Below, in pieces: positions 27,764 to 36,332 of a stretch of 64,000 bases of DNA. A model generated the notes under the pieces. The model made no database searches. It was given only the letters and a program-made list of their open reading frames with translations, and was not told where the DNA came from. The translations under genes were made by a program, and so were the position numbers. Each line of letters opens with the position of its first letter. The stretch's first letter is position 1. The stretch is from an uncultured Actinomycetes bacterium (GTDB lineage Bacteria; Actinomycetota; Thermoleophilia; Gaiellales; JAICJC01), in NCBI GenBank assembly GCA_963809205.1, contig CAWEIS010000025.1, positions 248,896-312,895 on the forward strand, written 5' to 3'.

Positions 27764-28084
27764 CTAGCGGTGTGTCCTGGCCAGCTCGGCCATGTTGCGC
27801 ATCGCCCACAGCGACACGACGATGCCGTAGGTGATGATCGTGCAGGCCACCGCGAACGACGTGACCTGGGCGGCCGGGCCGTGGAGCAGGGCACCCACGG
27901 TCAGCAGCAGCGGGCGAAGCACCACGAAGGCGAGCAGGCCGCCGAGGCCGATGTGGATCGCGATCCGGCGCATCTCCCGCGGCCGGAGCCCGGGGTATCG
28001 GTTGTCCAACCATGCGGCCAGCAGCGCGGGGCACACCACCAGCACGACAGTCAGTTCCATGAGGGTCGACATGGCACCATCCAT
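27764..28084 (-). CDS. hypothetical small membrane protein (about 3 TM)
   Basis: 106-aa ORF with three hydrophobic segments, convergent with the response regulator. No family recognised. Confidence 0.45.
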   Translation of the reverse strand: MDGAMSTLMELTVVLVVCPALLAAWLDNRYPGLRPREMRRIAIHIGLGGLLAFVVLRPLLLTVGALLHGPAAQVTSFAVACTIITYGIVVSLWAMRNMAELARTHR

Positions 28085-28165
28085 CCTTGCGAAGACTGAC
28101 GGCGGCGCCGGGGTCTGACGCCGTCCGTGACCATCCCAGGATCACGCAATTGTGAGGAAATGTTA

Positions 28166-28675
28166 ATGGCCCGACCTGCAAAACCCCCCTCCCGGGTGAC
28201 CCTTGCCTACGTCGGCCTGGGCGCGAACCTGGGCGACGCGCGCGCCACCCTGGCCGGAGCGGTCGAATCGCTGGCCGATCTGGGCGAGGTGCGGGCCGTC
28301 TCACCGCTGTACGAGACCGACCCCATCGGCCTGGAGGATCAGCCTCCCTTTCTGAACGCGGTGGCGGTGGTGGCGACGTCGCTGGATCCCCACGGGCTGC
28401 TGGCGGAGCTGCTGGCCATCGAGGCGCGGTTCGGACGCGAGCGGACGATCCGCTGGGGCCCGCGGACGCTCGACCTCGACCTGCTGGCAATGGACGGCGT
28501 GCAGCTCGACGAGCCGCAGCTGACGGTGCCGCATCCGCGGCTGGCCGAGCGCGAGTTCGCGCTGCGGCCGCTGGCCGACGTCGCCCCCGGCGTCCCGATC
28601 GGCGAGGCGACGGCCGGCGAGCTGCTGGCGGCGCTGGAGCCGCAGGGCGTGCGGCCGGCGGGCACACTGCGCTAG
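28166..28675 (+). CDS. folK: 2-amino-4-hydroxy-6-hydroxymethyldihydropteridine diphosphokinase
   Basis: AYVGLGANLGD...SPLYETDPIG...WGPRTLDLDLL...TVPHPRLAEREF. SD GAGGAA lies upstream of ATG 28166. Confidence 0.9.
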   Translation: MARPAKPPSRVTLAYVGLGANLGDARATLAGAVESLADLGEVRAVSPLYETDPIGLEDQPPFLNAVAVVATSLDPHGLLAELLAIEARFGRERTIRWGPRTLDLDLLAMDGVQLDEPQLTVPHPRLAEREFALRPLADVAPGVPIGEATAGELLAALEPQGVRPAGTLR

Positions 28676-28717
28676 CCGCTCAAGCAGCTCGTCCGCCGCG
28701 TCGATAAGCGAGCAGAC

Positions 28718-29386
28718 GTGGCGGACATCACCACAGACACCGCAGCGCCCGCCTGGACCCCCTGGGCGCTGCACCTGCTCGGCTCGCGCGTGATCCCGAG
28801 CTTCGTCTTCACCCTGCTCGGCGTGCTCACGCTGCTGGCGGTCGGCCAGGACGAGTCGGTCGCGCAGATGCTGTTCCACGTCGCCAGCGCGGTGATGTGG
28901 GGGATGTTCCTGGTGCTGGTCAACATCCGGCCGGCGCCGCTGCGCAGGGGCCGCGCGCCGATCGGCGTGATCGCCGCGCTCTCCGCCCAGTTCGCGTTCA
29001 TCGCCGTCGGGGCGCTCGCCACCGACAGCGCCGGCGGGTCGCGCGTCTGGATCGCCGACATCCTGCTGCTCGGCGGGCTGGGCTTCTCGATCGTGTCCGT
29101 GCTGGCGCTCGGCCGGTGCTTCGGCGTGCTGCCGGACGTCCGCGGGCTGGTCACGCGCGGGCCGTACCGCATCGTCCGCCATCCGCTGTACCTGGGCGAG
29201 CTGGTGTCCGCGCTGGGCCTGGTGATCGGCGCCTCGCGGCCGGGGCTGGCCGGCGCCGCGTGGGTCGCCTGCCTCGCCGTCCAGGTGGTGCGTACCCGCT
29301 ACGAGGAGGCCGGGCTGCGGGCGGAGTTCCCCGAGTACGACGAGTACGCGGAGCACACGCGCCGGCTGATTCCCGGCGTGGTGTAA
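28718..29386 (+). CDS. isoprenylcysteine carboxyl / phospholipid methyltransferase family membrane protein
   Basis: LVTRGPYRIVRHPLYLGELV...EEAGLRAEFPEYDEYAEHTRRLIPGV is the ICMT/PEMT C-terminal signature. Confidence 0.75.
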   Translation: MADITTDTAAPAWTPWALHLLGSRVIPSFVFTLLGVLTLLAVGQDESVAQMLFHVASAVMWGMFLVLVNIRPAPLRRGRAPIGVIAALSAQFAFIAVGALATDSAGGSRVWIADILLLGGLGFSIVSVLALGRCFGVLPDVRGLVTRGPYRIVRHPLYLGELVSALGLVIGASRPGLAGAAWVACLAVQVVRTRYEEAGLRAEFPEYDEYAEHTRRLIPGVV

Positions 29387-29397
29387 TCTCGGCGTCC

Positions 29398-30021
29398 TTG
29401 CTGACGCTCTGCGACCACCCGATCTCGTCGAACGCGCTGAAGGTCAGGTTCCTGCTCGCCGAGCTGGGCCTGGAGTACGAGCGGCGCACGATCCCCATCA
29501 CGCGGCCGCGGCCGGCCGAGTACGTGGCGCTCAACCCGCTGGCCGGCATCCCGACGCTGATCGACGGCGACCTCGTGCTGACGGAGTCCAACGCGATCCT
29601 CCGCTACCTCGCCAACCGGTACGGCGGCGAGGAGCTCTATCCCGCCGACCCCGTCGCGCGGGCGCCGATCGACGAGCTGCTCGATCGCTACGCGCTGACA
29701 TTCCGCCCGGCGTTCTTCTCGATCGAGGTGCTGGCGCTGGGATTTACGCCGCAGGGCGGCTTCGGCTCCGCGCCGGCCGACCCGGAGGCGGCCGCGGCCC
29801 GGGCGCAGGAGGTCGCCGGGACGCTTCGCACCTTCGATGCGCTGATCGATTCCGGCGGGTACGCGCTCGGCCCGTTCACGATCGGGGACTGTGCCGCGGC
29901 GCCGGTGCTCTACCGGACGACCCACACCGGCATGGATCTCTCGCCCTACCCAAACCTGCTCCGCTGGCGGGAGACCGTGTGCGCCCGCCCGGCGTTCGCT
30001 CAGGCCGTGCCGGTTCAGTAG
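29398..30021 (+). CDS. glutathione S-transferase family protein
   Basis: SSNALKVRFLLAELGLEYE...LNPLAGIPTLIDGDLVLTESNAILRYL is the GST N-domain pattern. The TTG start is tentative. Confidence 0.75.
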   Translation: MLTLCDHPISSNALKVRFLLAELGLEYERRTIPITRPRPAEYVALNPLAGIPTLIDGDLVLTESNAILRYLANRYGGEELYPADPVARAPIDELLDRYALTFRPAFFSIEVLALGFTPQGGFGSAPADPEAAAARAQEVAGTLRTFDALIDSGGYALGPFTIGDCAAAPVLYRTTHTGMDLSPYPNLLRWRETVCARPAFAQAVPVQ

Positions 30022-30066
30022 CCCGGGCCGTGGACTGACGGACCGACCGGGCGTAGACTTCGACTC

Positions 30067-30408
30067 ATGTCCAACATCGATGATCTCGAGGAATACGACG
30101 CAGAGCTCGAGCTCCGGCTGAAGCGCGAGTACGCGACGGTGTTCGGCCTCTTCCGCTACTGCGTGTTGACGGCAGAGGCGACATATCTGTGCAACCGGCT
30201 GCAGATCGAGCACGCCCACCAGGCCTCGTATCCGCTGGTGCACCTCACGATGGAGGACGTCTGGGTGTGGGACAAGAACCGGCCGAGCCGGATCATTCCC
30301 CGCACCGAGGTGCACACGACTCAGGACGTGACCGTCGAGGAGCTGAAGACCGAGAGCGGCGTCGACACGACGCTGCCGATCGGGTTCGAGCTCGGCAGCG
30401 ACGAGTAG
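30067..30408 (+). CDS. DUF2469 family protein
   Basis: DLEEYDAELELRLKREYATVFGLFRYCVLTAEATYLCN...DVWVWDKNRPSR resembles the conserved actinobacterial DUF2469. TAGACT lies 7 nt upstream of the ATG. Confidence 0.7.
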   Translation: MSNIDDLEEYDAELELRLKREYATVFGLFRYCVLTAEATYLCNRLQIEHAHQASYPLVHLTMEDVWVWDKNRPSRIIPRTEVHTTQDVTVEELKTESGVDTTLPIGFELGSDE

Positions 30409-30423
30409 TCGTCCTCCGGCCAC

Positions 30424-31191
30424 ATGCTCCTCGCGCTGGACGTCGGCAACACGCAGACGGTCGTCGGGCTCTACGACGGCGAGTTGCTGCGCGACCACTG
30501 GCGCACGACCAGCGTCCGCTCGCGCACCGCTGACGAGCTGGCGGTCGAGCTGTCCGGCCTGCTGGCGATCCGCGGTCGCTCGTTCGAGGACATCTCGGCG
30601 ACGGTCGCCTCGTCTGGTGTCCCCCAGATCACGGTGGCCCTCGCCGAGATGGCGCGGGCGCACCTCGGCCACGAAGCCCTGATCGTCGGCCCCGGCGTGC
30701 GCACGGGGCTGCCGCTGATGGTCGACAGCCCCCACGAGGTCGGGCCAGACCGGGTGGCGAACTGCGTCGCCGCGCTGGCGCTGCGCCCCGGGCCGCTGGT
30801 CGTCGTCGACTTCGGCACCGCCATCAACTTCGACGCCGTCTCGGCCGCCGGCGAGTTCATCGGCGGCGCGATCGCGCCCGGGCTCGAGGTCGCGGTGAAC
30901 GCCCTCGGCGCGCGAGCCGCTCGGCTGTTCGGGATCGAGCTGGCGGCGCCGCGGACGGCGATCGGCAAGAACACCGCCGAGAACATGCAGTCGGGTGCGG
31001 TGTTCGGCTTCGCCGGGCTGGTCGACGGGCTCGTGCGAAGGTTCGCCGTCGAGCTGGGCGGCGACATCGGCGTGATCGCGACGGGAGGGCTGGCGGGCCT
31101 GGTCGTGCCGCACTGCGAGACGGTCGACGACGTCGAGCCGTGGCTCACGCTGGACGGTCTACGGCTGATCTGGAGCCGCAACCAGCAGTAG
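30424..31191 (+). CDS. coaX: type III pantothenate kinase
   Basis: MLLALDVGNTQTVVGLY...VVVDFGTAINFD...ATGGLA. Confidence 0.9.
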   Translation: MLLALDVGNTQTVVGLYDGELLRDHWRTTSVRSRTADELAVELSGLLAIRGRSFEDISATVASSGVPQITVALAEMARAHLGHEALIVGPGVRTGLPLMVDSPHEVGPDRVANCVAALALRPGPLVVVDFGTAINFDAVSAAGEFIGGAIAPGLEVAVNALGARAARLFGIELAAPRTAIGKNTAENMQSGAVFGFAGLVDGLVRRFAVELGGDIGVIATGGLAGLVVPHCETVDDVEPWLTLDGLRLIWSRNQQ

Positions 31192-31203
31192 GCAGGATGC
31201 GTG

Positions 31204-31251
31204 GTGCCGGGCACAGTGCCCGGCACGGTGCCGGGCACAGTGCCAGGGCCG
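31204..31251. repeat. four 12-nt units GTGCCGGGCACA / GTGCCCGGCACG / GTGCCGGGCACA / GTGCCAGGGCCG (alternating reverse-complement palindromes); probable coaX terminator structure
   Basis: Units 1 and 2 are exact reverse complements of each other over 11 nt. The array starts 13 nt after the coaX stop. Confidence 0.55.
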
Positions 31252-31467
31252 ACGGCGGGCGTTGCGAAGCCGTCACGGGTTTGGCACAGGCCGGCACGGG
31301 TTGTGACGGGTTCGCCGTTGACGCCGCCGCTCGGCCGAGGCATCGGGCGGCGCGGGTCTTGCGTTGGCTGGACCTATGCAGAGGCGAGGGCAAATCTCTT
31401 TGCGGGATGCAGCGGCGCGGCCCATACTGTCCGGCATGAATCGTGAAGCGCTCATGGAGGTCGCCGC

Positions 31468-32931
31468 ATGATCCGCACCGGGGACGAGTACCGCGACTCG
31501 ATCCGCGACGGCCGCGACGTCTGGATCGACGGCGAGCGGGTCAAGGACGTCACCGAGCATCCGATGTTCAAGCCACTGGTCGACGCCCGCGCCCGCATCT
31601 ACGACATGGCGCACGACGACGCGACGCGCGACGTCATGTCGTACGTCGACCCTGACACCGGCGAGCGCAACGCCATCGGTCTGCGCCTCCCGCACACGCG
31701 CGAGGACTGGCACGACAAGCGCCGGGCGGTCGACGCCGTGATGGACGACCTGCGGGGCGTCGTGATCCGGGTCGGCGACGAGACCGTCGGCGAGATGTGG
31801 TCGCTGTACGACGGCCAGGACGTCCTCAACGAGGTCGACCCGCAGTTCTCGGAGAACATCACCCGCCACATCCACCGCGTGCTGCACGCCGACCCGTTCC
31901 ACGTGTCCGCCAACACGGATCCCAAGGGCGATCGCTCGAAGCGTCCCCAGGATCAGGACCCGGACATGCTTCTGCACCTCGTTCGCGAGACCGACAACGG
32001 CATCGTCGTGCGCGGCGCGAAGTACGAGACGGCGGCGGCCTACGCGAACCAGGCGTTCGTGAAGCCGACCATTGCCAACTGGGGCGACAGCGAGCTGTCC
32101 GACTACGCGCTGGGCTTCATCGTCGACATGGGCTCGCCGGGGATCAAGCACATCTGCCGCACCGGGTTCGCCGGCCGGCGGCCGGCCGAGGACTACCCGC
32201 TGGCCAGCCGCTTCGACGAGGTCGACACGCTGGTCGTGTTCGACGACGTCGAGGTGCCCTGGGAGAACGTGCTGTTCTACCGCCACACCCGCGCCGCCAC
32301 ATTCATCCGGGCGACGCTGCACCGCTACAGCGCGTTCGCCTTCGTCCAGCGGATCGAGCGGGTCGCCGACATGCTGATCGGCGCCGCGCTGTTCAACGTC
32401 CGCCAGACCGGCCTCGAGCGGCAGCAGGCGGTGCAGGAGAAGCTGGCGACGCTGGCCTGCTACCGGGAAGGGATCAACGCGCACCTGACGGCGGCGATCG
32501 CCGAGGCGCAGGAGTCGCCCGGCGGCCTGCTGATGCCGAACCAGTCGCTGCTCTACACGGGCCGCGTGCTGGCCTGCTCCCAGCTGCCGGCGATGATGCA
32601 CATCGCCCGCGAGCTGATCGGCGGCCAGATCTGCGTGACGCCGGACAGCGCGACGTTCGCGAACCCGGAGACGGCGCCGTGGATGGAGAAGTTCTATTCG
32701 ATCAACGAACGGTGGCAGTGGGACGACCGGCGCCGGCTGCTGGTGTTCGCCCGCGACCTGCTGAACTCCGACTACGCCGGGCACCGGCTGACCTTCCAGC
32801 TGTTCGCGCAGTCGCCGCCGTTCGCGCACCTGGGCGCCGTCTACCGCAACTTCGACTTCGACCGCTCGCTGGAGATCGTCCAGGCGTCGGCCGGCCTCTC
32901 CGACCGCGTGCTCGCCGGGACGCCGGCATGA
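31468..32931 (+). CDS. 4-hydroxyphenylacetate 3-monooxygenase oxygenase component (HpaB) family protein
   Basis: 487 aa with HpaB/4-HBD family similarity throughout (GDEYRDSIRDGRDVWIDGERV...IVVRGAKYETAAAYANQ...). SD GGAGG 8 nt upstream. Confidence 0.85.
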   Translation: MIRTGDEYRDSIRDGRDVWIDGERVKDVTEHPMFKPLVDARARIYDMAHDDATRDVMSYVDPDTGERNAIGLRLPHTREDWHDKRRAVDAVMDDLRGVVIRVGDETVGEMWSLYDGQDVLNEVDPQFSENITRHIHRVLHADPFHVSANTDPKGDRSKRPQDQDPDMLLHLVRETDNGIVVRGAKYETAAAYANQAFVKPTIANWGDSELSDYALGFIVDMGSPGIKHICRTGFAGRRPAEDYPLASRFDEVDTLVVFDDVEVPWENVLFYRHTRAATFIRATLHRYSAFAFVQRIERVADMLIGAALFNVRQTGLERQQAVQEKLATLACYREGINAHLTAAIAEAQESPGGLLMPNQSLLYTGRVLACSQLPAMMHIARELIGGQICVTPDSATFANPETAPWMEKFYSINERWQWDDRRRLLVFARDLLNSDYAGHRLTFQLFAQSPPFAHLGAVYRNFDFDRSLEIVQASAGLSDRVLAGTPA

Positions 32932-33347
32932 CTCACCGCCGCATCCGGCCCTTCAACACCCGCGAGACCTACCCCGAGCAGAACCTCGACAACGACCTCT
33001 GCCAGGCCGTCGTCGCCGGCAACACGGTGTATCTGCGTGGTCAGATCGGCCAGGACCTGGACACCCGGGAGTCGGTCGGCATCGGCGACGTCGAGGCGCA
33101 GGCCGAGAAAGCGATGGCCAACATCGCGATGCTGCTCGAGGAGGCCGGCGCGAAGCTCGAGGACATCGTCAAGATCGTCGTCTACCTGACCGACATCCGC
33201 TACCGGGAGCCCGTGTACCGGGTGATGGGCCGCTGGCTGAAGGGCGTGTTCCCGGTCTCGACGGGCCTGGTGGTGACCGCGCTCGCGCGACCCGAGTGGG
33301 TCGTCGAGATCGACGCGACCGCGGTGATCCCGGAGGACCGCCGGTGA
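32928..33347 (+). CDS. RidA/YjgF family reactive-intermediate deaminase
   Basis: GNTVYLRGQIG...AEKAMANIAMLLEEAGAKLEDIVKIVVYLTDI...EIDATAV. ATGA overlap with the upstream gene. Confidence 0.88.
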   Translation: MTHRRIRPFNTRETYPEQNLDNDLCQAVVAGNTVYLRGQIGQDLDTRESVGIGDVEAQAEKAMANIAMLLEEAGAKLEDIVKIVVYLTDIRYREPVYRVMGRWLKGVFPVSTGLVVTALARPEWVVEIDATAVIPEDRR

Positions 33348-34012
33348 CGTTCTCGCTGGTCGGCCGCTGCGAACGCACGCGCATGCTGGGCATCGCCGTG
33401 TCGTCCTCCAGCCCGGCGGTGGCCGCCCGCTGCGCGCACGTCCGGCCGGGCGTCGGCGCGGTCGCCAGCCAGAACGTGACCGATCCGCGGCTGGGCCCGC
33501 GGATCCTCGACGGGCTCGCCGCGGGGAGCGATCCGGCGGCCGTGATCGCGTCCCTGGAGGAGGAACGGGGGATCGAGTGGCGGCAGCTGACAGCGGTCGG
33601 CGCCGACGGGCGCACGGCGGCCCGCTCGGGCGCCCGCACGCTCGGCCGCCACGGCGCCGCCGAGGGACGCGACTGCGTCGGCGCCGGGAACCTGCTGGCC
33701 TCGGACGATGTGCCGGCGGCCATGGTTGATGCCTTCCAGCACGATCCGGCGGCGCACCTGGCGGACCGGCTGCTCCGCGGCCTGGCGGCGGGTCTGGCCG
33801 CCGGCGGGGAGGAGGGGCCGGTGCGCTCGGCCGGCGTCGTCGTCTGCGGCGCCGCGGCATGGCCGAGCACCGATCTGCGGGTCGACTGGCACGACAGCCC
33901 GATCGAGGAGCTGGCCGCCGTATGGCAGGTCTGGGCGCCGCAGGAGGACGACTACGTGACGCGGGCGCTCGACCCGGATTCGGCGCCGGGCTTCGGCGTC
34001 CCCGGCGAGTGA
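33344..34012 (+). CDS. DUF1028 family (Ntn-hydrolase-fold) protein
   Basis: The N-terminus VTFSLVGRCERTRMLGIAVSSSSPAVAARC is typical of DUF1028 (MTFSIVARC...). GTGA overlap with ridA. Confidence 0.75.
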   Translation: MTFSLVGRCERTRMLGIAVSSSSPAVAARCAHVRPGVGAVASQNVTDPRLGPRILDGLAAGSDPAAVIASLEEERGIEWRQLTAVGADGRTAARSGARTLGRHGAAEGRDCVGAGNLLASDDVPAAMVDAFQHDPAAHLADRLLRGLAAGLAAGGEEGPVRSAGVVVCGAAAWPSTDLRVDWHDSPIEELAAVWQVWAPQEDDYVTRALDPDSAPGFGVPGE

Positions 34013-34067
34013 GGTTCACGCTGCAACAATCCGCCTTCCGACACCCGACGACCCGAGGAGCCCGCAG

Positions 34068-35960
34068 ATGAGCGCCCACCCGCTGGATCCCCTGACCCCC
34101 GAGGAGCTCGCCCGCGCGGTCGAGGTCGTCCGCAGGGACTGCGACCTGGGGAGCCGTGTGCGCTTCATCCGCGTCGATCTCGAGGAGCCTGCCAAGCCGG
34201 AGCTGGCGAGCGAGTCTCCGCCTCCGCGGCGGCGAGCGCTCGTCGTCATCCTCGACAACGACGCCAGGGTGAGCTTCGAGGGGATCATCGACCTGGAGAG
34301 CGGCGGCGTCGAGCGCTGGACGCCGCTGGACGGTGTCCAGCCGGCGATCTCGGCCGACGAGTTCGTCGAGGCCGCCGAGGCGGTGCGGGCCGATCCGGAC
34401 TACCGCGAGGCCCTGGCCCGCCGTGGGATCACCGGCGATGCCCTCGACTCGGTGCACATCGAGCCGTGGTCGGTCGGCTCGTTCGAGACCTCGGACCGGC
34501 GACTCGCCCGAGCGCTCTCCTGGCTGCGCTCGTCCGACGACGACGTCAACCCGTACGCCCGCCCGATCGGGCGGCTGGTTGCGGTCGTCGATCTGAACGA
34601 GATGACGGTCGTCCGCGTCGACGACCACGGCGTCGTGCCGATCCCGCCGGAGAGCGCGGACTACCGCGACGGTGCGGGCGGGCCGTATCGCGCCGACCAG
34701 AAGCCGCTGGAGATCGTGCAGCCGGACGGCCCCAGCTTCGTGCTGGACGGCCGCGAGCTGCGATGGCAGAAGTGGCGGATGCGGGTCGGGTTCGCAAACC
34801 GCGAGGGCCTCGTGCTCCACCAGATCTCGTACGAGGACGACGGCGAGCTCCGCTCCGTGTGCCACCGCGCGTCGATCGCCGAGCTGGTCATTCCCTACGG
34901 CGATCCCAGCCCGACCATGCACTTCAAGAACGTCTTCGACATCGGCGAGTACGGCCTGGGACCGCTGATCAACGAGCTGGAGCTGGGCTGCGACTGCCTT
35001 GGCGAGATCCGTTACCTCGACTCGTCGTTCGTCGATACCAAGGGCAACGTGCAGGTGCTGCGAAACGCCATCTGCATCCACGAGGAGGACTACGGCATCC
35101 TCTGGAAGCACCGGGACGACCGCACCACCCGCCACGACGTCGCCCGGTCGCGCCGCCTGGTGGTGTCCTGCGTGGCGACGGTCGGCAACTACGAGTACGG
35201 CTTCTACTGGCTGTTCTACCAGGACGGCACGATCGAGTTCGAGGGCAAGCTGACGGGGATCATGCACACCGCGGGTGTTCCGATCGGCGCCGCCGGGCCG
35301 CACTCGACCGAGGTCGCCCCAGGGGTCGCCGCCGGCTATCACCAGCATTTCCTCACCGCGCGCCTGGACATGGACGTTGACGGCATCGACAACGTGCCGG
35401 TCGAGATCGAGGCGGCACCCGTGCCCGCCGGTCCCGAGAACGAGGACGGCAGCGCGTTCGTCTGCGACCGGCGCGTGCTCGCCAGCGAGTCTGCGGCCAA
35501 GCGAACGGTGTCGCCGCTGACGGCGCGGCGGTGGCGAGTGGAGAGCTCGCGGCGGCGCAACCGGATGGGCGGCCCGACGGCGTTCGAGCTCGTGCCCGGG
35601 GAGACCGTCGCGGCGATGGCGCATCCCGACTCGCAGTTCCGCAAGCGGGCCGGCTTCCTCGACCACTCGCTGTGGGTGACGCCGTACAGCCCCGACGAGC
35701 GCTACCCGGCGGGCGACTACCCGAACCAGCACGCCGGCGGCGACGGGCTGCCGCGGTGGACGGCCGGCGACCGGCCGCTCGAGAACGAGGACGTGGTGCT
35801 CTGGTACACGTTCGGCGCGCACCACGTGCCGCGGCTGGAGGACTGGCCGGTGATGCCGGTCGCCTACTGCGGATTCCACCTGCGGCCGGTCGGGTTCTTC
35901 GACCGCAGCCCGGCGCTCGACGTCCCGCCGCCGCCCGCGGCGCACTGCGGGCACGGCTGA
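34068..35960 (+). CDS. copper-containing primary amine oxidase (topaquinone enzyme)
   Basis: TPQ precursor motif TVGNYEYGFYW and copper-ligand region AAGYHQHFLTARLD; 630 aa. Confidence 0.92.
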   Translation: MSAHPLDPLTPEELARAVEVVRRDCDLGSRVRFIRVDLEEPAKPELASESPPPRRRALVVILDNDARVSFEGIIDLESGGVERWTPLDGVQPAISADEFVEAAEAVRADPDYREALARRGITGDALDSVHIEPWSVGSFETSDRRLARALSWLRSSDDDVNPYARPIGRLVAVVDLNEMTVVRVDDHGVVPIPPESADYRDGAGGPYRADQKPLEIVQPDGPSFVLDGRELRWQKWRMRVGFANREGLVLHQISYEDDGELRSVCHRASIAELVIPYGDPSPTMHFKNVFDIGEYGLGPLINELELGCDCLGEIRYLDSSFVDTKGNVQVLRNAICIHEEDYGILWKHRDDRTTRHDVARSRRLVVSCVATVGNYEYGFYWLFYQDGTIEFEGKLTGIMHTAGVPIGAAGPHSTEVAPGVAAGYHQHFLTARLDMDVDGIDNVPVEIEAAPVPAGPENEDGSAFVCDRRVLASESAAKRTVSPLTARRWRVESSRRRNRMGGPTAFELVPGETVAAMAHPDSQFRKRAGFLDHSLWVTPYSPDERYPAGDYPNQHAGGDGLPRWTAGDRPLENEDVVLWYTFGAHHVPRLEDWPVMPVAYCGFHLRPVGFFDRSPALDVPPPPAAHCGHG

Positions 35961-36026
35961 TGCTGCGCAGCCATCCCGGCCGACCCAGGTGTCCAACTCC
36001 GCGGTAGGTGCATCGTCAAATCAGGT

Positions 36027-36317
36027 GTGCCGAAGTGGCTTGCGTGCACTCTGCTCGGACTGGTGACAGTCGCGTTCATTGGAGCGGTTTGGTTCTTCTC
36101 GTTCCACCAGCGCGCGTCGGAGGCGCGGGTCACTCGCGTCGTGTACGCCAAGTATGGGAGGGCCGGTGCTCCGATCAGGTGCGTCGCCCAGAACGGCAAC
36201 CACTCGACGTTCCACTGCCTCAGCCCCCGGTTTGGCGACGATCCTTCGTGCCTGCCGGTCGACGTGGACGCGTTCGGCAACATCTCTCTTCCCGGCGAGG
36301 TGGCGACGTGCGAGTGA
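36027..36317 (+). CDS. hypothetical membrane-anchored protein
   Basis: 96-aa ORF with an N-terminal TM segment (LACTLLGLVTVAFIGAVWFFSF). No family recognised. Confidence 0.4.
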   Translation: MPKWLACTLLGLVTVAFIGAVWFFSFHQRASEARVTRVVYAKYGRAGAPIRCVAQNGNHSTFHCLSPRFGDDPSCLPVDVDAFGNISLPGEVATCE

Positions 36318-36332
36318 TGACCGCTGGGTAGG

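Noticed and set aside
28098-28125. Possible sixth copy of the palindromic repeat (GACGGCG-gcgccGGGGTCTGA-CGCCGTC)
   Set aside because: It shares only the GGGGTCTGAC core and has entirely different arms. That is too little to separate from chance in GC-rich DNA.
31201-31446. 81-aa ORF beginning MVPGTVPGTVPGTVPG (a possible repeat protein)
   Set aside because: The repeat is explained by a 12-nt palindromic DNA array. The remainder has no coding signature or start context, and the ORF lies in the coaX/HpaB intergenic region.
32841-35996. 1051-aa ORF on the - strand
   Set aside because: It is antisense to the RidA, DUF1028 and copper amine oxidase genes. It has a Pro/Arg-rich composition and no motifs, whereas the + strand carries unmistakable family signatures (NYEY, HxH).
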